Position numbers and translations under genes: made by a program. This document shows positions 58,100 through 64,000 of a DNA stretch of 64,000 nucleotides, piece after piece. The DNA is from an uncultured delta proteobacterium (GTDB lineage Bacteria; Myxococcota; Myxococcia; Myxococcales; Anaeromyxobacteraceae): assembly GCA_963814585.1 (NCBI GenBank), contig CAWFDF010000003.1, positions 160,001 to 224,000 of the forward strand. Direction: 5' to 3'. The notes under the pieces were generated by a model. The model did not search any database and had not been told where the DNA came from. It worked only from the letters and a program-made list of their open reading frames with translations. The stretch's first letter is position 1. Every line of letters starts with the position of its first letter.

Positions 58100-59844
58100 G
58101 TGGCAGACGCGCCGGCCAGCACCGAGTTCAAGCCCCACGCCTTCGGCAAGTTCTTCCTCCTCCAGCGGCTGGCCGTCGGAGGCATGGCGGAGATCTTCCG
58201 GGCCCGCGTGGTGGGGGCCGCCGGCTTCGAGAAGGAGCTGGTGGTCAAGCGCATCCTGCCCAGCCGCTCCCGCGACCAGGGCTTCATCTCCATGCTGGTG
58301 AACGAGGCCAAGCTCACGGTCCAGCTCACCCACTCCAACATCGCCCAGATCTACGAGTGCGGCGTCATCGACGGGGACTACTTCATCTCCATGGAGCTGG
58401 TGAACGGCGTCTCCCTGAAGGAGGTGATGCAGGCCTTCGCGCGCACCGGCGCCACGCTCTCCCCGGAGCAGTGCATCTTCATGGTGCTGCAGCTGCTCCA
58501 CGGGCTCGACTACGCCCACCGCAAGTCCGACGGGCAGGGCAACCCGCTGCAGGTCGTCCACTGCGACGTCTCCCCCGACAACTGCCTGGTCTCCTTCGAC
58601 GGCGAGCTGAAGCTGCTGGACTTCGGCATCGCGCGGGCCGCCACCAGCCTCTCCAACTACAAGGAGGGGATGCTGATGGGGAAGCTCGGGTACGTGGCGC
58701 CCGAGCAGGCCTCGCTGGAGATCCGCTGGGACCACCGCGTCGACATCTTCGCCGCCGGCATCGTCCTCTACGAGCTGCTCACCAGGCAGAAGCCCTTCCC
58801 CAAGGCCACCGACGTCGACTCGCTGGTGATCTCGCGCAGGGCCAGGGTGGTGCCGGTCACCACCATCGACCCCCGCCTGCCCAAGGAGCTCGACCAGATC
58901 CTGGCCAAGGCCCTGGCCTACGATCCGGCCAAGCGCTACGCCGACGCCCGGGCCTTCGCCGAGGCGCTGGTCGACCTGCTCTTCCCGACGCCGCACTCCG
59001 CCATCTCGGATCACCTCAACAAGCAGCTGCACCAGGCCTTCGCCGACCGGATCGCCAAGCAGCGGCAGGCCCGGGCCCACGATGCCTTGATCATGAAGGT
59101 GCTGGCCAACCTGGCGGACCGGCCCGGCGCCGCGCAGCGGCTGGCGGCGGGCGCGGCGGCCTCCACCACGCCCGTCCCACCCGGGGGCGTGGAGGCGCCG
59201 CCGGAGCTGGAGCCCGTGCCCGCGGCCGCCGAGCCCTCCCCCGACATCCGCACGCCCTCGGGGTCGCGCCAGGTGCGCCGGCCGGTGGTGGTGCAGCGGG
59301 GCCTGGCCTGGTCGACGGCGCTGCTGGTGGCGCTGCTCTCGGCCCTCGCCGGCGCGGGCGGCACCTGGTTCGGTGGCCCTACCTGCGGCGCGGCGCCCTG
59401 GTGGTGACCAGCGAGCCCAGCGGCGCGGAGATCGCCCTCGACGGCGTGCCGACCGGACAGCGGACGCCGGCGGTGCTCGAGGACGTCGAGGTCCAGCGGC
59501 CCCACGAGGTGCTGCTCTCCGGTCCCCGGCTCCGCCCGACCCCGGTGGTGGTGGTCCCGGAGCCGGGACGCCTCTCCCTGCGGGTCCACGCGCAGCTCGG
59601 CTCGGCCTTCGGAACCATCGAGGTGGTGAGCGCCCCGCCGGGAGCCGAGGTCCGGCTCGACGACCGCCCGGTGGGCGTCACGCCCATCGCCATCCGCGAG
59701 ATCCGGCTCGACCAGCGCCACCGCATCGACCTGAAGCTCCCTGGCTACGAGATCGACCAGGTGGTGGTCCTCCCCGAGAAGGACGGCACCCGCTTCGAGC
59801 GCAAGCTCACCCCGGCCTCGCCGGGCGGACCGAAGGGCCGGTAG
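58100..59844 (+). CDS. Membrane Ser/Thr protein kinase with C-terminal PEGA domains; apparent frameshift near 59370
   Basis: GGMAEIF, VVKR, HCDVSPDN, DFG, GKLGYVAPE, DIFAAG; TM; PEGA motifs VTSEPSGAEI and VSAPPGAEV in the next frame. Confidence 0.85.
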
Positions 59845-59856
59845 GGACCCCACCCG

Positions 59857-60381
59857 ATGCGACTCGTGATCGAGGACGAGGCGGGCACCCGGACGGTGGT
59901 CCCGTTCACGGCCGACGAGATGATCATCGGCCGCGCCGCCGAGGGCGTCGGGTGGCGGCTCCCGGACCGGAACGTCTCCCGCCGGCACGCCCGGCTCTCG
60001 CGCGCCAGCGGCAACATCTTCATCGAGGACCTCGGCAGCCTCACCGGCACCAGGCTCAACGGCGAGCGGATCGGCTCGAGACGGAGGGTGCGCCCCGGAG
60101 ACCTCGTCGAGATCGGCGCCTTCGACCTGGTGGTCCTGCCCGAGGACATGGCCGTGACCGGGCCGGACACCCCACCGCCGCTGCCGGCCCAGACCCGCCC
60201 GGAACCGATGCCGGCGGTCACGGCGCCGGCCGCCGCCAGGACCGGCAGCGTGACCCCCGGCCTGGCGGACCCCGGCACCGCTCCGGCCACGTCGCGCCGC
60301 GCCGCGCTGATCCGGCTCGGCGTCGCCGCGCTGCTGGGTGGGCTGCTGGCCGGCGTGCTCCTGAGGAAGCTGCTGACATGA
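59857..60381 (+). CDS. FHA-domain protein with C-terminal TM anchor
   Basis: IGR, NVSRRHA, EDLGSLTGTRLNG, GDLVEIG. Confidence 0.9.
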   Translation: MRLVIEDEAGTRTVVPFTADEMIIGRAAEGVGWRLPDRNVSRRHARLSRASGNIFIEDLGSLTGTRLNGERIGSRRRVRPGDLVEIGAFDLVVLPEDMAVTGPDTPPPLPAQTRPEPMPAVTAPAAARTGSVTPGLADPGTAPATSRRAALIRLGVAALLGGLLAGVLLRKLLT

Positions 60382-61787
60382 CCCCCGGTGTGACGGGCAG
60401 CTTCCCGCTCCCGCTCGACCGGTACACCGGAGAGGATGGGCTGGGGCTGGCCGCGGTGCTGGCCTCCCGCGCCGCCGCCGATCCGCTCAACCTGGCCGCC
60501 ACCGCGATCTTCGGCCTGGCCATCCTCCACACCTTCCTGGCCCCCAGCCTGCTGGCGGCCTCGCACCGGCTGAAGCACCGGCTCGACGAGGCGCGCGGCG
60601 CCGAGGGGCACAGCTTCCGCGTCGAGCTGCTCCACTTCCTCGGCGAGATCGAGGCCGTCTTCGGGATCTGGGTCTTCCCGCTCCTGGTGGTCCTGGCGGG
60701 CGCCCACGGTGTCCGCGCCGCGGAGCGGTTCCTCGGCACGGTCAACTTCACCGAGCCGCTCTTCGTGGTGGTGATCATGGCCATCGCCTCGACGCGGCCG
60801 GTGCTCGGCTTCGCCGAGCGGGTGCTGGGGCTGGCGGCTCGCCTCGGGGGCGACACGCCGCTGGCGTGGTGGCTCTCGGTGCTGACCCTCGGCACGCTGC
60901 TCGGCTCCTTCATCACCGAGCCGGCCGCCATGGTCATCTGCGCCATGCTGCTGGGGCGGCGGGTGTTCGACCTCCAGCCCAGCGCCACCTTCCGCTACGC
61001 CACGCTCGGCCTGCTCTTCGTCGACGTCTCGGTGGGCGGCACGCTCACCCACTTCGCGGCGCCGCCGGTGCTCATGGTGGCCGGGAAGTTCGGCTGGACC
61101 ACCGGCTTCATGCTGTCGAGCTTCGGCTGGAAGGCGGTGGTGGGCATCGTGGTCGCCAATGCCGGCTACGCGCTGGCCTTCCGCAAGGAGTTCGCCGAGC
61201 TGGCCGGCCGCGCCCTGGCGCAGGCGCAGGGGCTCCGGCCGACACCGGAGCCCCCGGTGCCGGCCTGGATCGTCGGCGTCCACCTGCTCTTCCTCGCCCT
61301 GACGGTCTTCGTCGCCCACACCCCGGCCGTCTTCATCGGCGGGTTCCTCTTCTTCATCGCCTTCCAGCAGGCCACCGCGCCGCACCAGCAGGCGCTCGAC
61401 CTGCGCCCCCCCTTGCTGGTGGGCTTCTTCCTGGCCGGCCTGGTGATCCACGGCGCCGGCCAGCAGTGGTGGATCGAGCCGGTGCTCTCCCACCTCGACG
61501 AGCTGCCGCTCTTCTTCGGCGCCATCGGGCTCACCGCCTTCAACGACAACGCCGCCATCACCTACCTGGCCTCGCTGGTGCCCGGCCTCTCCGCCTCGAT
61601 GAAGTACGCCGTGGTGGCCGGGGCCGTGGTGGGCGGCGGCCTGACGGTGATCGCCAACGCGCCCAACCCGGCCGGTCAGTCGGCGCTGGCCAGGTACTTC
61701 CCGGATGGCATCGCGCCGGGCGGCCTGCTGGCCGGGGCGCTCTTCCCCACGCTGGTGATGGCGGCCTGCTTCCTGCTGCTGCCCTGA
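60378..61787 (+). CDS. Putative Na+/H+ antiporter (DUF1504 family)
   Basis: ATGA overlap; HFLGEIEAVFG, GSFITEPAA, GGTLTHFAAPP, FNDNAAITYL, GGGLTVIANAPNPAG. Confidence 0.85.
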   Translation: MTPGVTGSFPLPLDRYTGEDGLGLAAVLASRAAADPLNLAATAIFGLAILHTFLAPSLLAASHRLKHRLDEARGAEGHSFRVELLHFLGEIEAVFGIWVFPLLVVLAGAHGVRAAERFLGTVNFTEPLFVVVIMAIASTRPVLGFAERVLGLAARLGGDTPLAWWLSVLTLGTLLGSFITEPAAMVICAMLLGRRVFDLQPSATFRYATLGLLFVDVSVGGTLTHFAAPPVLMVAGKFGWTTGFMLSSFGWKAVVGIVVANAGYALAFRKEFAELAGRALAQAQGLRPTPEPPVPAWIVGVHLLFLALTVFVAHTPAVFIGGFLFFIAFQQATAPHQQALDLRPPLLVGFFLAGLVIHGAGQQWWIEPVLSHLDELPLFFGAIGLTAFNDNAAITYLASLVPGLSASMKYAVVAGAVVGGGLTVIANAPNPAGQSALARYFPDGIAPGGLLAGALFPTLVMAACFLLLP

Positions 61788-61812
61788 CCGCGCCTCGGCC
61801 CGGGGCGCGGCA

Positions 61813-63249
61813 CTAGAACTTCAGCGCCGTGAAGAAGTCGATGGAGCCCCCCAGCGAGTGGGCCGGGACCTCCTGGAACTCCTGCTCCTGCAGCCCCGGC
61901 AGGATGGGGAGGACGCTCGAGGCGTAGTCGAAGGGGACGACGGTCATCCCCGGCCCCTTGCCGACGCCGTACGCGCAGCGCACGGCGATGCCGGTGATCA
62001 GGTCCCAGGAGTCCCCGCCCCCGAGCGCCTCGACCACCTTGGCCGGCCGGTAGTCGACCCCGCCGGCGAGACCGTAGGTGTCGAGCGCCAGCGTGCCGTC
62101 CGACGCCTGGGAGCGGGCGCCGTCGCGGAAGAGCCCGGCGCCGACGCGCAGGTCGGGGCTCCACTGGTAGGTGGCCCCGGTGCGGGCGCTCCAGTTGGCG
62201 GTCTCGGCGTTCCGGTTGCGCCTCAGCGCCGGGCCCCAGTCCCCCTCGAGCCGCACGCTCCACCGGCCGCTGGACCAGGCGGCGCCGCCATACACCCTCC
62301 CCACGTCGATGACGGAGAGCCCGGCCGAGGGCTCGATCTCCTCGATGCCCTGCGACTGCTGGATGTCGTACCCGGGCAGGAGCACGGACACCGAGGTGAC
62401 CCGGGTGGTCTGGCCCCAGGCGACGGCGCGGACCGAGGGGCTGCGAACCGCCAGGGCCAGCCTCAGCGCCTCGGTGACATCCCACTGCACGCCGACCAGG
62501 GCGCGCGCCGCCAGGATCGACTGGTCGTCGCGAATGCTGACGTTGATGATGGCTCCCTGATCGCGCGGGTTGGTCGAGGTGGTCTGCAGGCCGGTGTCGA
62601 GGTCGATCACCGAGGTGGACGACGAGTAGGCGCCCTGCAGCGAGGCCCCGACCCGGATCGTCGGGAGCGCCTGCCAGCCGACGGAAGCGCCGGCCCAGGT
62701 GTCGTCCCACCGGTAGGAGAGGCCGTAGATCTGCTCGTAGGTGGCCTGCAGGGCGGGGTCGCCGGGGTAGGGACCGGACGAGCTCCCGACCAGGGTGGCC
62801 GAGTAGGTGTCGTGGTACGGCGTCCAGACGCCGACGGCGACGCCGAGCCCCTCGCGGACCCTGTAGGAGAGCGACAGGACCGACGGGACCGAGACGTAGT
62901 GGGTGTCGCGGGCGGTCCCGTTCATGGGGCCCCAGCCCGGGGGGAGCACCGTGACCAGCGCTCCCTCCACCGAGACGGTGGCGACGGAGTAGGCGCTGGC
63001 TCCGAGCTGGAAGCTGCTTCGCCGGATGCCGCCCAGCGCGGCCGGGTTGTACCAGCCGCCACCGGACGGATCATCTCCGGCGAGCACCGCCCCGGCCGTC
63101 AGCGCCGCCTCGGCCGACATGGGCGTGTTCTCGGGGTTGGCGGCGCGAGCACCCGCCGGCGCCAGCAGGGCGGCGGCGAGGAGGCCGACGAGGACTCGGG
63201 GCCGCGACGCCGTCGCCGGGGCGCCCGACCGGGAAGCGCAGTGATCCAT
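61813..63249 (-). CDS. Outer-membrane beta-barrel protein (OmpP1/FadL-like)
   Basis: Signal peptide; WYNPAALG motif; alternating beta strands; C-terminal Phe. Confidence 0.7.
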   Translation of the reverse strand: MDHCASRSGAPATASRPRVLVGLLAAALLAPAGARAANPENTPMSAEAALTAGAVLAGDDPSGGGWYNPAALGGIRRSSFQLGASAYSVATVSVEGALVTVLPPGWGPMNGTARDTHYVSVPSVLSLSYRVREGLGVAVGVWTPYHDTYSATLVGSSSGPYPGDPALQATYEQIYGLSYRWDDTWAGASVGWQALPTIRVGASLQGAYSSSTSVIDLDTGLQTTSTNPRDQGAIINVSIRDDQSILAARALVGVQWDVTEALRLALAVRSPSVRAVAWGQTTRVTSVSVLLPGYDIQQSQGIEEIEPSAGLSVIDVGRVYGGAAWSSGRWSVRLEGDWGPALRRNRNAETANWSARTGATYQWSPDLRVGAGLFRDGARSQASDGTLALDTYGLAGGVDYRPAKVVEALGGGDSWDLITGIAVRCAYGVGKGPGMTVVPFDYASSVLPILPGLQEQEFQEVPAHSLGGSIDFFTALKF

Positions 63250-63332
63250 CCTGGCGGAGTCTAGGCGGGGCCCCTCCGCGTTCCCACCCCTGATTCGCGC
63301 ACCGGACGGAAGGGTTGCAGGAGGGTCGGTCG

Positions 63333-64000
63333 TCACCGCCCGCGCCGCCGCTGCAGGTCGCGCAGCGCCCGCTCCATGATCCGCCCGGTCCGCCGCTCGG
63401 CCTGTCGGGCCGCCGCGTCGTGCCGGGCCGCCAGCGCGGCCGCCTCCCTCGCCAGCTTCAGGTAGCTGGCCAGCCGCGAGGCGTCGAGCGCCCCCGAGGC
63501 CACCGCGGCCAGCACGGCGCAGCCGGGCTCGTCCCCGTGGCGGCAGTCGTTGAAGCGGCAGCCGGCCGCCAGCGTCGCCACGTCGGCGAAGGCGGCCTCC
63601 ACGCCCTCCCCGGTCCAGAGCTGCAGCTCGCGGATCCCGGGACCGTCCACCAGCAGCCCGCCCGAGGGGAGCGGCCAGAGCCGGCGCCAGGTGGTGGTGT
63701 GGCGGCCGCGACCTTCGGCGTCGAGCTCGCCGACGGCCTCCACCGCGCCACCCAGCAGCGCATTCACCAGCGTCGACTTGCCCACGCCGGACTGGCCCAT
63801 GAGCACCGCGGTGGTGCCGGGCGGGACGAGGTCCCGCACCGCCTCCAGCCCCTCTCCGGCAGCTGCCGACACCACCACCACCGCGGTCCCCGGGGCCAGG
63901 GCGCTGACCGTGGCGGCGGCGTCCTGCGGGGCGGCGCAGCGGTCGGCCTTGGTGAGCAGGACCGCCGGCTCGGCGCCGGAGGCCCGCACGGCGGCCAGCA
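63333..64000 (-). CDS. rsgA: Ribosome small subunit-dependent GTPase A (5'-partial)
   Basis: TKAD, GQSGVGKST, GRHTTT, DGPG, C-terminal Zn finger CRFNDCRHGDEPGC. Confidence 0.92.
   Translation of the reverse strand, partial: LAAVRASGAEPAVLLTKADRCAAPQDAAATVSALAPGTAVVVVSAAAGEGLEAVRDLVPPGTTAVLMGQSGVGKSTLVNALLGGAVEAVGELDAEGRGRHTTTWRRLWPLPSGGLLVDGPGIRELQLWTGEGVEAAFADVATLAAGCRFNDCRHGDEPGCAVLAAVASGALDASRLASYLKLAREAAALAARHDAAARQAERRTGRIMERALRDLQRRRGR

Overview
Very GC-rich bacterial DNA that looks like Myxococcota, probably Anaeromyxobacter-like (MYXO-CTERM sorting signal, Hanks kinase/PEGA/FHA genes, many exported lipoproteins). Most of the window is housekeeping and envelope genes: trxB, moaC, an exported pepF, glmU, glmS, AmgK/MurU-like recycling enzymes, an actP/DUF485/DUF294/exonuclease module, a cystathionine beta-synthase + gamma-lyase/synthase pair, an RlmI-like methyltransferase, epmA and rsgA. 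There is also a 5.6-kb Ig-repeat surface protein. The standout is a co-directional cluster at about 5967-11776. It pairs an MNIO (DUF692) enzyme and its DUF2063 partner with a likely precursor that is unusual: a lipoprotein carrying two bufferin-like CxGxNxCxG repeats fused to a c-type cytochrome domain. Upstream are a four-His membrane protein (cytochrome b-like), a YceI protein and a di-heme cytochrome c lipoprotein. This suggests a redox-wired, post-translationally modified metalloprotein system rather than a free peptide metallophore. The first ~2.9 kb is heavily frameshifted and four other genes carry single indels; these look like sequencing errors. I found no rRNA, tRNA, CRISPR array or IS element. 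All family assignments come from motif recognition by eye, not from database searches.
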